29,645 bases of DNA from positions 1 through 29,645 of the forward strand of contig JBMYPC010000023.1 of assembly GCA_049599895.1 (NCBI GenBank). The letters run 5' to 3'. Positions 1 to 9,745 of the stretch are shown in pieces (the stretch's first letter is position 1; the number at the start of each line of letters is the position of its first letter). The stretch is from Bacteriovoracaceae bacterium (lineage in GTDB: Bacteria > Bdellovibrionota > Bacteriovoracia > Bacteriovoracales > Bacteriovoracaceae). The notes beneath the pieces are model-generated. The model made no database searches, was not told the DNA's origin, and saw only the letters and a program-made list of their open reading frames with translations. The translations under genes were made by a program, and so were the position numbers.

Positions 1-171
1 TGGTTTTTTACCAAAAACATACTCTCCCGTTTTTGAATATTTTTTATCCCAAAACTTTTTCGCAAATTGATTCTTTTTTCTTCCACTTAAAAGCTCGAAT
101 TGGCTCATACTTCCATCAGCAAAAAGTGAGAAACTAAAAAAGAGAAAAAATAATGTGATGAGAGTCTTCAT
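1..171 (-). CDS. 5' part of a CDS running off the window; probable class I SAM-dependent methyltransferase (TehB-like N-terminus) preceded by a signal-like peptide
   Basis: Not in ORF track. Manual translation from ATG at 171 gives MKTLITLFFLFFSFSLFADGSMSQFELLSGRKKNQFAKKFWDKKYSKTGEYVFGKKP, open to the edge. WDxxY...YVFGxxP is the typical N-terminal motif of this methyltransferase group. Confidence 0.6.
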   Translation of the reverse strand, partial: MKTLITLFFLFFSFSLFADGSMSQFELLSGRKKNQFAKKFWDKKYSKTGEYVFGKKP

Positions 172-230
172 AGAGCTAGAATTCCATAACTTTTGTGGAG
201 AATCAATAGAAGCTTTTGAGACTGAGAGTC

Positions 231-653
231 TTAAGAAATATTTTCAATTTGAGGGATGTCAGGATCAGAAAACTGCTCCTCCCCTTGAGTCTCCGCTTCA
301 AGGTAAAGCATAAGTTGATCAAAGTTGCCTTTAAACTCTTTTAAAAGAGGCTCCATTTTATCCTCAATGGTTTGCGGCATATCTTCAGTAGAGTTCAGAT
401 ACCATTTCATACTATCCATCCCGCGATAAAACCTATCAGCTTCTATCTGAAGTTCTGAGGAACAGAGCTTTAGATCACTTGGATGGATATCAAAAAATCG
501 AGTTCTAAAAATATCTTTGAGATGTTCTCGCGTTCGCTTTGTTGAGAGAATAAGAAGATACTCTTTTTTTCGTTTATAAATTCGCTCAAAAGCAGCTTCA
601 GCATCGAGCTTAATGAGAGTTAAAATGGAAAGCTTTTCTGAATTAAGTTTCAC
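231..653 (-). CDS. hypothetical protein, helical, 140 aa
   Basis: GTG-start ORF, protein-like composition, 17 bp downstream of the 671-1126 ORF. Confidence 0.7.
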   Translation of the reverse strand: MKLNSEKLSILTLIKLDAEAAFERIYKRKKEYLLILSTKRTREHLKDIFRTRFFDIHPSDLKLCSSELQIEADRFYRGMDSMKWYLNSTEDMPQTIEDKMEPLLKEFKGNFDQLMLYLEAETQGEEQFSDPDIPQIENIS

Positions 654-670
654 AACACATCAACCTGAGT

Positions 671-1126
671 TTAAGTCGGTAGCTTGGCCCGACGACCACC
701 TGGCCAACGGTTGATTGAAGCTCGACTCTCCACAACCTTAAGAGCAATTGATTTGGCGATCTCATGATACTCAAGAGGAAGTCTTATAAAATTATAATGA
801 TTTGTTTTTTCTAATGAAATTAAAGCGGAGTTTTTTTCAAATGAAGAAATATGAACAAAAGAGATTCTCTTTAAACGTAGATTAAGGCCCAATGATCCGT
901 CCATCGCCCTTTTTATTCCAGCTCTGCTCATTAAATCATTTTCAATAGAAACAACCACCATCTTCTTATTTGTTGAGAGATCAGACAATTGTCGTGCATG
1001 TCCAGGAATGAGCTTTATATGTAATTCATTGAGTGCTGCTGCGAGATGAAAAAACTGAGGAGGCAACCTATCAAAGAAGTTGAGAAAGAAAACAAAGCGA
1101 TCATCTGAATTGGCCCGATTGTTCAT
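671..1126 (-). CDS. hypothetical protein, 151 aa
   Basis: ATG ORF filling the gap, C-terminal RWPGGRRAKLP; no family recognised. Confidence 0.7.
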   Translation of the reverse strand: MNNRANSDDRFVFFLNFFDRLPPQFFHLAAALNELHIKLIPGHARQLSDLSTNKKMVVVSIENDLMSRAGIKRAMDGSLGLNLRLKRISFVHISSFEKNSALISLEKTNHYNFIRLPLEYHEIAKSIALKVVESRASINRWPGGRRAKLPT

Positions 1127-1224
1127 AGTTAACCAATCGGATTATTCAGATAAACACTAAAAACTCTGAGATATTATCGGAAAAATTTGCTCTTAGAACT
1201 GTTTGAAATGGAATACTAGAGGGT

Positions 1225-1578
1225 TTAAATCAACTCTGCTGTACAAATTGTCTTTTTATTGACTGAGAACAAGTAGTATTGATCCTCTTCAAAGTCTGTA
1301 TCGCCAATGGCCACAAGAGTTTCAAGTTTCTCGTTAGCAATCTCTCTATTGAGCTCGCTTCTTACCTCGACCAGTACTCGAAGACGCTTCATAACCTCGC
1401 CATTGAATCTTCTGAAATGAGGCGCGCTTGATTCATCTTTTTTTATAATCTTTCCAACGACCTTATTATTACATTTATTAAGGTCTGGTTTCTGAGGCTG
1501 AAATGCATGTGTGTGCAGACTTAAAAGTAAGGTCGTCTTTAAAACTAAACCCACTTTGAAGAGTTTCGATGCCTTCAT
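1225..1578 (-). CDS. secreted hypothetical protein with two Cys
   Basis: SD GGGGAG before ATG; N-terminal signal peptide ending THA; sigma54 site upstream. Confidence 0.75.
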   Translation of the reverse strand: MKASKLFKVGLVLKTTLLLSLHTHAFQPQKPDLNKCNNKVVGKIIKKDESSAPHFRRFNGEVMKRLRVLVEVRSELNREIANEKLETLVAIGDTDFEEDQYYLFSVNKKTICTAELI

Positions 1579-1669
1579 ATTTATCTCCCCAAACTAAAGC
1601 TTGATGATATCAGACCATCAAACTGGACATTTTCCCTTGTCCTGTTAAGTTCCTTCTGCCTTAGAGATA

Positions 1670-1685
1670 AGCAGGATCAGTGCCA
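1670..1685 (-). promoter_or_regulatory. sigma54 (RpoN) -24/-12 promoter for 1225-1578
   Basis: Minus strand TGGCAC-TGATC-CTGCT versus consensus TGGCAC-N5-TTGCW; IHF-like site directly upstream at 1690-1702. Confidence 0.7.
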
Positions 1686-1771
1686 ATCTTAACTTGTTGA
1701 AACCACTTTACCAAGTCGCCTTTAGGTGCCAGATGGCCCCCAAATGAGGTCATAACTCCCCGAAATGGTAT

Positions 1772-1796
1772 AAAAAAGGCCCCGAAAGGGGCCTTT
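1772..1796 (-). terminator. rho-independent terminator of groESL
   Basis: Minus strand AAAGGCCCC-TTTC-GGGGCC followed by TTTTTT. Confidence 0.9.
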
Positions 1797-1880
1797 GTGA
1801 TGTAAAAAATGTAAGCTAATATTAGAGAAATATTATTTAGTTTTCTTTACTCGGGTATCATGGGGCGTTACATTATTCCT

Positions 1881-1933
1881 CGGTTTGCGTTAAAGGTTGC
1901 CGTTTCCGGCAAGCTTTAATGCATCAAGCGGAA
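1881..1933. repeat. hairpin repeat, copy A (inverted relative to 3663-3712)
   Basis: 17/21 and 19/21 identity in two blocks to the reverse complement of 3663-3712; internal hairpin TTAAAG-G-TTGCCG-TTTC-CGGCAA-G-CTTTAA. Confidence 0.85.
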
Positions 1934-1945
1934 CTTAGAACGATT

Positions 1946-3595
<1,650 letters not shown>

Positions 3596-3662
3596 TTATC
3601 TCCTTAAAGATATTTATTTAAAACTTGTTTTTATCTAAACTTTGACCGCGCGCTAACGCTTA

Positions 3663-3712
3663 TTCCGCTTGATGCTTCAAAGCGTAGCACTGGTACCCTT
3701 TGCCGCAAACCG
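3663..3712. repeat. hairpin repeat, copy B, in groES-groEL spacer
   Basis: Reverse complement matches 1881-1933, including a perfect 13-mer GCATCAAGCGGAA and 9-mer CGGTTTGCG. Confidence 0.85.
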
Positions 3713-3738
3713 GCTGCGGCGCGAAAACCTATAGGTTT

Positions 3739-4026
3739 TCAGTGAAAGACACCAAGGATGTCGTCTTCTTTCATGATGAGGTATTCTCTTCCCTCGACCT
3801 TAACTTCAGTTCCAGCGTACTTTCCAAAAAGAACAGTTTCACCTTCTTTTACGTCAAGGGCACGAACTGAACCATCTTGAAGTCTGTAACCATTTCCAAC
3901 AGCAACAATCTTTCCTTGTGCTGGCTTTTCTTTGTTGTTGTCTGGGATGATAATTCCACCAGCAGTTTTTGTTTCTTCTTCTAGTCTTTCAACTAATACT
4001 CTGTCTTGGAGTGGACGTACTTGCAT
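3739..4026 (-). CDS. groS: co-chaperonin GroES
   Basis: [27 protein letters not shown]. Start moved to MQVRP (4026) because AAGGAGG lies 5 nt upstream. Confidence 0.99.
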   Translation of the reverse strand: MQVRPLQDRVLVERLEEETKTAGGIIIPDNNKEKPAQGKIVAVGNGYRLQDGSVRALDVKEGETVLFGKYAGTEVKVEGREYLIMKEDDILGVFH

Positions 4027-4088
4027 GAGATCCTCCTTCATAAGGTTTACATTTGCGTCAAATAGCTAATTTTAAAATTGACCATCAC

Positions 4089-4116
4089 AATGTAATATCG
4101 ATTGGACGGGTGTCAA
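4089..4116 (-). promoter_or_regulatory. putative sigma70-type promoter of groESL
   Basis: Minus strand TTGACA-N16-TACATT. Confidence 0.5.
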
Positions 4117-4334
4117 GGTGGCCCACTGAAAAAAACTTTTCCCATTCTAGGAAATCAAAGTTGCATCAAGTCAAATTCATCTTATTTCGATGATTTAACC
4201 TTCAATGCCTCTCCTAATGATCATTGCAACTTGCTATAGCGAAACTCAATAACTTCATGCATTGACAGTGGTTTTCGCCCAATAATAGACTGCTACCTAG
4301 CGCCTTTTCGTTATAATTAAGAGCAGTCAAAAAA

Positions 4335-5507
4335 TTGCGAAATCTATCAGTCATACTCATTCTTCTTCTTATTCAGACTTGGTTTTGCTCCAAACTCGAA
4401 GCCTATATTCAAATGGCGGGACATGGTTATCATAATTGCCTCACCTGTCACTATAACCCAGCTGGGGGTGGCCCAGTTTCTGATTACGGTCGAGCAGCGG
4501 GTGCTACAATTCTCTCAGATAAAGTCGCTATGCCTGATTCTTACTCTGAAGAAGACCTTGCTTATCTTTCATCATTTAGTTTTAAGAAACCCAAAAATAC
4601 TTGGCTTAGGCCTTATGCTGGCTATAGAGGTTTGAATCTCCAATCAAACTTTGGTGAGGACTCTGAAGAATCTGAATGGATTCATATGACCGCTTTTGCA
4701 GGTACTGCCATTCAATCAAAGAATGCAAAGACTTGGGTCTTTTGGGGATCCATTAGTTACGTCCCAGATGATCGAAGCCCAACAGTTCGCACAGATAAAG
4801 AAGAGCCAAACTTTCGTTCAAGAGAATATGTCTATGGCCAACGAATTGGAAAAAACCTTGGGGTTTATCTAGGCTTAATGGACAAAACTTTTGGACTAAG
4901 AGTTCCCGATCACAACTTAAGCTCAAGGGCCTTTACAGGACTTGCTGAAAATGATCAGTCTCATGGAGCTCTTCTTCATTACAACTACGGAAACTTTGAA
5001 GGAATGTATCACTACTTCCTTGGTAACGTTAACAACAGCAGTGAGGTAAAGCAGGCTGGTTGGTCAACTTTACTCAATTACAGCTTCTCTAAAAAGTTTC
5101 AACTTGGCTTTTCCTATCTTAGCTCTGCTTCAGAACTCACAAAAAGAAATGCCGTTGCCCTTATGGGAAAATATGGAATCAATGACGGCTCTTCAATGAA
5201 TCTTGAAGTTGGACTGACAAGCAAAAAAGGCATTTTTCTTAGCTCTCTTGATAAAGAGTACCAGTATCTTTTCATGCAAAACTTCTTAAGACTGCAAAGA
5301 GGACTCTATGCTCTTCTGACAATTGAACGTCTGACAGAGGACAGTGAAGATGGCCAAGAAATTTATCTCTTTGGTCCAGGGATTCAGTACTTTCCGATGC
5401 CCAAGGTAGAATTAAGACTCGAAGTTTATGATTATCGAACAATCAATGAGGATTATGTTTCAGAAGATACTTGGGCAGTTCTTTCGCAGGTGCATTTATG
5501 GCTTTAA
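4335..5507 (+). CDS. outer-membrane beta-barrel with N-terminal monoheme c motif (cytochrome-porin fusion, Cyc2-like architecture)
   Basis: Signal peptide (LEA|Y), CLTCH at residues 35-39, then VSDYGR; alternating amphipathic strands; C-terminal QVHLWL. Confidence 0.75.
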   Translation: MRNLSVILILLLIQTWFCSKLEAYIQMAGHGYHNCLTCHYNPAGGGPVSDYGRAAGATILSDKVAMPDSYSEEDLAYLSSFSFKKPKNTWLRPYAGYRGLNLQSNFGEDSEESEWIHMTAFAGTAIQSKNAKTWVFWGSISYVPDDRSPTVRTDKEEPNFRSREYVYGQRIGKNLGVYLGLMDKTFGLRVPDHNLSSRAFTGLAENDQSHGALLHYNYGNFEGMYHYFLGNVNNSSEVKQAGWSTLLNYSFSKKFQLGFSYLSSASELTKRNAVALMGKYGINDGSSMNLEVGLTSKKGIFLSSLDKEYQYLFMQNFLRLQRGLYALLTIERLTEDSEDGQEIYLFGPGIQYFPMPKVELRLEVYDYRTINEDYVSEDTWAVLSQVHLWL

Positions 5508-6445
5508 GAGTTTTTATTGCCACATTCTTAATGCTCATTTGTGTTGATGCTAGTTTTGCCAAACAAAAGAAAAGCTGGCGATCGGTTCTAAGAAAAGCCG
5601 ATGATCTTCGAAATGATGGGAAAAACTTTAAAGCTGCAAGGCTATATGAACTCATCCTAAGGAAAAAGTTTAAAACAAAAGTTGATGACGTTCTTCATTA
5701 TGACAGTGCTCCTACTCTTTCTGAAACCTTAGAAGAAATCATCGTTAATCTTACGGAATGTTATGTAGATATTCTTGAAACCCCCAAGCTCAGTAAAGCC
5801 GATACTCAAATGTATCTCAAGAGATATAAAAGAGGTTTGAAAATATTAAGAAGAGCTGGCCTTAGAGACGATTATGATGATCTCTTTGGAGAGGAAAGAA
5901 ACTTTAAAGAAAAGCTCAAATCATTCTCTTACCACAGTTCCCATTCTATGCATTATGGAAGTTATTATTGGAAAGATCAGGTGACTCTTAGTGATGGAAG
6001 AGACTCAAGTGTTTTAAAAGGAAACCTTAAAGGAAGTGCCTTAAGCTATAATTTTCATTATACCAATATTCGAAACAGCTTTCGCATCGGCATTGACTAT
6101 ATTAGTAGCCAAGGAACAATGGGAAATATTAATCAAAATGATTCTTTGGTCTACACATTGAAAGATACTCCCGCAACTTCATTTCTCATCACTCTCGGCT
6201 ACCAAAGAATGCTCGTGACAGAAAGCAGTCGCTTAGGCTTGTCTATTCCTTATCTCTACCGAAGTATTACCATGCAAAAACCTGATTCAAGTATTACTTT
6301 CGATGGAGAAACTCTTTCAAGTTTTGGTTACCTTGTGGACTACTCGTTTATGATGACGAAAAAAGTTGAACTAAGGACAAGTATCGGAAGTTTATTTGAG
6401 TTTAGTGGAGCTCTTTGGAGTGTACTGATTGGCTATCACTTTTAA
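5498..6445 (+). CDS. secreted protein with helical/TPR-like N-domain and C-terminal small beta-barrel
   Basis: Start MALRV overlaps the upstream stop; signal peptide SFA|K; beta-signal VLIGYHF with terminal Phe. Confidence 0.7.
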   Translation: MALRVFIATFLMLICVDASFAKQKKSWRSVLRKADDLRNDGKNFKAARLYELILRKKFKTKVDDVLHYDSAPTLSETLEEIIVNLTECYVDILETPKLSKADTQMYLKRYKRGLKILRRAGLRDDYDDLFGEERNFKEKLKSFSYHSSHSMHYGSYYWKDQVTLSDGRDSSVLKGNLKGSALSYNFHYTNIRNSFRIGIDYISSQGTMGNINQNDSLVYTLKDTPATSFLITLGYQRMLVTESSRLGLSIPYLYRSITMQKPDSSITFDGETLSSFGYLVDYSFMMTKKVELRTSIGSLFEFSGALWSVLIGYHF

Positions 6446-6838
6446 TTACATACTGTTGATCCAATCTTCGATGGCCTGATACTGGGTAGAAGACAAGGTT
6501 CCTCCCACAGGCATATCTTGGCCCCCTGTCCCCCAGCCTCTTAAAGATTGAACGAGAGGCGATCCTGCAGGATCTCCAGGATTAACATAAGCGCCAACCC
6601 AATCCTCAGAAGAAAATCCTGACCAAGTAGAGTGAGCACCACTATGACAACTGATACATTCTGATTGAAGAACATCGTAAGCCGCTTGATAAAGAGCTGT
6701 TCCTGAAACAGTGTCTGGATCATAGAGAAGATTATCAAAGGAATCGCTATTTTTATTACTTAAACAAGATGAGCTCATTACAAAAAGTAATGTGATGGAA
6801 AGCCAATGAAAATGAACTTTACTTTGCTTTTTTAACAT
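6446..6838 (-). CDS. monoheme cytochrome c lipoprotein
   Basis: Lipobox-like SSS|C, CISCH, VNPGDPAGSPL and distal MP ligand, as in planctomycete-type cytochrome c domains; exact start uncertain. Confidence 0.8.
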   Translation of the reverse strand: MLKKQSKVHFHWLSITLLFVMSSSCLSNKNSDSFDNLLYDPDTVSGTALYQAAYDVLQSECISCHSGAHSTWSGFSSEDWVGAYVNPGDPAGSPLVQSLRGWGTGGQDMPVGGTLSSTQYQAIEDWINSM

Positions 6839-7307
6839 TCCAACTCGCTTGAACGATGGCCTCATCTTGAACACCTACGCCCATATACTCAACACCTGTG
6901 ATTCCAAAGTCACTGAGTTTAAATTTAAATTCCGCTTCAACTTTATTCTTTTTAAGTTTGTACCTAAGCTTCACTTTCTTTTTTTTGCCCATCACTTTCA
7001 GAGTTCCAACCCCTTTGCCATTGGAAGCTGAGACATTAAGAAGCTCTATTTGTTTGTACTTTTTGAACCTCAGTTTTTTATGAAGATGTTCATCTCTAAG
7101 CTTTACACCAGTTTTGAGGTTTCGCACATTCACCGAGAGCTTCTTTGCTAAAAGCTTGTCACCCTTTTGGATAATTCGCCCCCTGGTCTTAGTTGTGGTT
7201 GCATTAAAATCCCCAACCGGAGAAAGATCAACCTTAAGAACAACTTCAGAAGCTGAAGCAATCGAAAATAAAGCAAAGAAAATTGCAGCTACTACAAACT
7301 TATTCAT
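6819..7307 (-). CDS. YceI family lipid/polyisoprenoid-binding periplasmic protein
   Basis: Signal peptide ASA|S; LKTGVKLRDEHL matches the YceI TG..RD.HL motif; KLSDFGI. Confidence 0.9.
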   Translation of the reverse strand: MNKFVVAAIFFALFSIASASEVVLKVDLSPVGDFNATTTKTRGRIIQKGDKLLAKKLSVNVRNLKTGVKLRDEHLHKKLRFKKYKQIELLNVSASNGKGVGTLKVMGKKKKVKLRYKLKKNKVEAEFKFKLSDFGITGVEYMGVGVQDEAIVQASWNVKKAK

Positions 7308-7338
7308 CGTTTTTCCTTAGGCTTAATTTTGCTAGAGA

Positions 7339-8058
7339 TTATACATTTTGCCAATCAGGCAGTGAGCAAAGGAGGAGCACCAAGTCCTTCCAACCGCTAA
7401 GGTCTTGATTATCGTCAAGTGAGGGCTGAACTAAGGCCTTCATTTTCCTGATGGTTGGGCTATCAGGGAGGTGAGCAATGTAGAAATATTGATAAATACT
7501 GATAATTTTTAAATCTGTTTCACTTATTTGATCAAATTTATCAAAGAAATGAGTAAAAGCATCTTCGTCTTTAACGAGCTGCTCACAAACATAGGACCTA
7601 TAAGCTTCTCGTGAAATATTAACAGAAGGAACAGTGCTATTAATTAACAAAGCCTGTTTTCCGCTACAATAATCTTCATAACTTTCGATATAAACTTTTC
7701 CAACCTTGAATGAGCTGCCTTGATTGGTGAGAGTTTTTGCGCTTTCATAATAATTGCACGGACCACCGAATAAATCTTTTTTAGCATAGACCTTAAGCTC
7801 GACCATCTCTTTTGTTTTAGGATTACTTTCTCCAAAACCTTGTTTAAAAAAATCTCCCAAAGCTCTTTGATCCATCACTCGAATTTGCGAGTTTAGATTA
7901 TTGGCCTTTTTCTCATCCCTGCCATGACCTTTATCAAATTCAGTAAGTTCCGATTTTTCCATTTCTTCAATAGGAAGTGGCAAACATGATGAACCAATAA
8001 GGAGTAATCCAAATAGTGAAGCAAGAAAAGAATTTGTCTTCATCGTCTTGCCAGTCAT
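7339..8058 (-). CDS. hypothetical lipoprotein, Cys-containing
   Basis: Lipobox-like GSS|C; ATG overlaps upstream TAA; alternative start at 8043. Confidence 0.75.
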   Translation of the reverse strand: MTGKTMKTNSFLASLFGLLLIGSSCLPLPIEEMEKSELTEFDKGHGRDEKKANNLNSQIRVMDQRALGDFFKQGFGESNPKTKEMVELKVYAKKDLFGGPCNYYESAKTLTNQGSSFKVGKVYIESYEDYCSGKQALLINSTVPSVNISREAYRSYVCEQLVKDEDAFTHFFDKFDQISETDLKIISIYQYFYIAHLPDSPTIRKMKALVQPSLDDNQDLSGWKDLVLLLCSLPDWQNV

Positions 8059-9737
8059 TAGAGGAGACCTTTATTTTCTTTCGCCCTTAAAAAGGCCTTT
8101 TTCATTTTTTCGTTTTTAATCAAAATAGGTCGATCGTTTGGTCTTGGTGATTTCACACCGGCCATGGTGGCAATTGAACTCATAATATGACCAACATGAA
8201 GTCTCTCTCCTCCGAGAGATTCCATAACAGCGCCCTTGCCATATGTTCCCACGTGATTCCCATCACTATGCTCTCTAATTGTATTCCCAAAAACATTAAA
8301 TTTATCAAACATCCCAGAAAGAATCAGTGTACTACAAGCGTTGCCATCATGGTCAGTACCCGCACCGTCAGTTCTTGGGTTTCTTCCAAAATCTCCGCCA
8401 ACTTGGATAATCGAGCGATTAAAAAGGTTCTTCTCTTTTAATGTCTCTGTTAACTCATAAAGACCCGCAACTAAAAGGCGATAATAATGAAGATTTGCAA
8501 AAAGCTGAAAAGCACCACCATAATAGTGAGCATCTGATCCCATTCCAAAATCTTTACTTCCTGTATTGGCACCAGAAAATGGAGAGGCATTACTGGTCGG
8601 GGTAAACATTCTAAACTGGCCCGGACTACCTCCTGCAACGACCACCGATGTAATTTCTTTTGTGATGAGATATTCAATCATGGCCATCATTGAAATCAGG
8701 CTTCCCGAAGGAGAAAACTCTTCTTTTCGATGGTTGAGATCATAGCCAGCAGCAAGAGAAACTTTGTCCCGATTGATGACAAAAAGATTACTTCCACTAT
8801 CCCCTCCATCGGAAACGATAGAACGATTGGAAACACCATCAAATGTTACCTCTCTGACGGTCTTATAAAGTAATGATTTATACTTTTTGTGAATCGCAAG
8901 ATATTCAGTATCGGCATTTTCGATGCTGTCATTCTGAAGCAAAGAAAGAAAATCATCGTAAGCGCTGAAAAGAGCTTTGGCAGCATCTCCCAATCTACTG
9001 TGCTTTGATTTAAGAGTGTAATAAACCTCTCGAAAAGCTTTATCTGTTGCAAACTTATTGGCAAAGCCACTGCTTCTTAAGTCTAAAAGAGGTTTAAAGA
9101 TCGCCATTAGACTGGCTGAAGAAACGCTAGACATATCGTACTTAGGAGTTTTCTTTTCACTACGATATCCCCACTTACCAATCCAAGAACCAGGAGACAG
9201 ATCAATAATTGGTATTGGTGTTTGCGATTGATCTGCAATCATGCCATGGAGACTTCCCGTGGAGTTGGGCCAAAGAAGATGCCGTACCGATGAAAGTTCA
9301 TGGGAGCTAGTTGCAGTTGTATAGCCGGTTAAAATAAGGGCATGATCGAGGAGCCTTACCATGGTCACAGGTTGTGGAGAACGGCTGGTTGCGATCTTAC
9401 TTTTCCACATATAAGGAATATGAGTTCCTTGATAGCTAATAGTATCGTAAACAATTTTCCCATCTGAGTCGAAATGACTTCCCACACATGGATTGGGAAT
9501 CAGATTTCCTGTGCCCTTCGGATCAAAAACGGCATCGAACATATACCTCGCGGGACCACCTTGATGCTGAAAATAAATATACTTAGTATCACTCGTTTTT
9601 CCTAGGGAACTTGATGCATGGGCAGCACTTGCAAAAATAGGAGCAAGACCAAAGTTTAGAAACTGAGAGCCAATTGCTCCCGCCCCAAAACCTTTTAAAA
9701 ATTGCCTTCTTGTTGGCTTAATCTTTTTATTTCCCAT
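8058..9737 (-). CDS. Tat-exported DUF1501 family protein
   Basis: TRRQFLKG twin-arginine signal; GGP, SH, DAH, GDFGRNP and GTDH motifs typical of DUF1501. Confidence 0.8.
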   Translation of the reverse strand: MGNKKIKPTRRQFLKGFGAGAIGSQFLNFGLAPIFASAAHASSSLGKTSDTKYIYFQHQGGPARYMFDAVFDPKGTGNLIPNPCVGSHFDSDGKIVYDTISYQGTHIPYMWKSKIATSRSPQPVTMVRLLDHALILTGYTTATSSHELSSVRHLLWPNSTGSLHGMIADQSQTPIPIIDLSPGSWIGKWGYRSEKKTPKYDMSSVSSASLMAIFKPLLDLRSSGFANKFATDKAFREVYYTLKSKHSRLGDAAKALFSAYDDFLSLLQNDSIENADTEYLAIHKKYKSLLYKTVREVTFDGVSNRSIVSDGGDSGSNLFVINRDKVSLAAGYDLNHRKEEFSPSGSLISMMAMIEYLITKEITSVVVAGGSPGQFRMFTPTSNASPFSGANTGSKDFGMGSDAHYYGGAFQLFANLHYYRLLVAGLYELTETLKEKNLFNRSIIQVGGDFGRNPRTDGAGTDHDGNACSTLILSGMFDKFNVFGNTIREHSDGNHVGTYGKGAVMESLGGERLHVGHIMSSIATMAGVKSPRPNDRPILIKNEKMKKAFLRAKENKGLL

Positions 9738-9745
9738 CTTTCATC

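Noticed and set aside
1133..1205. Two CCGAT FliA-like -10 boxes upstream of ORF 671-1126
   Set aside because: The -35 elements do not fit TAAA-N15 well enough to call
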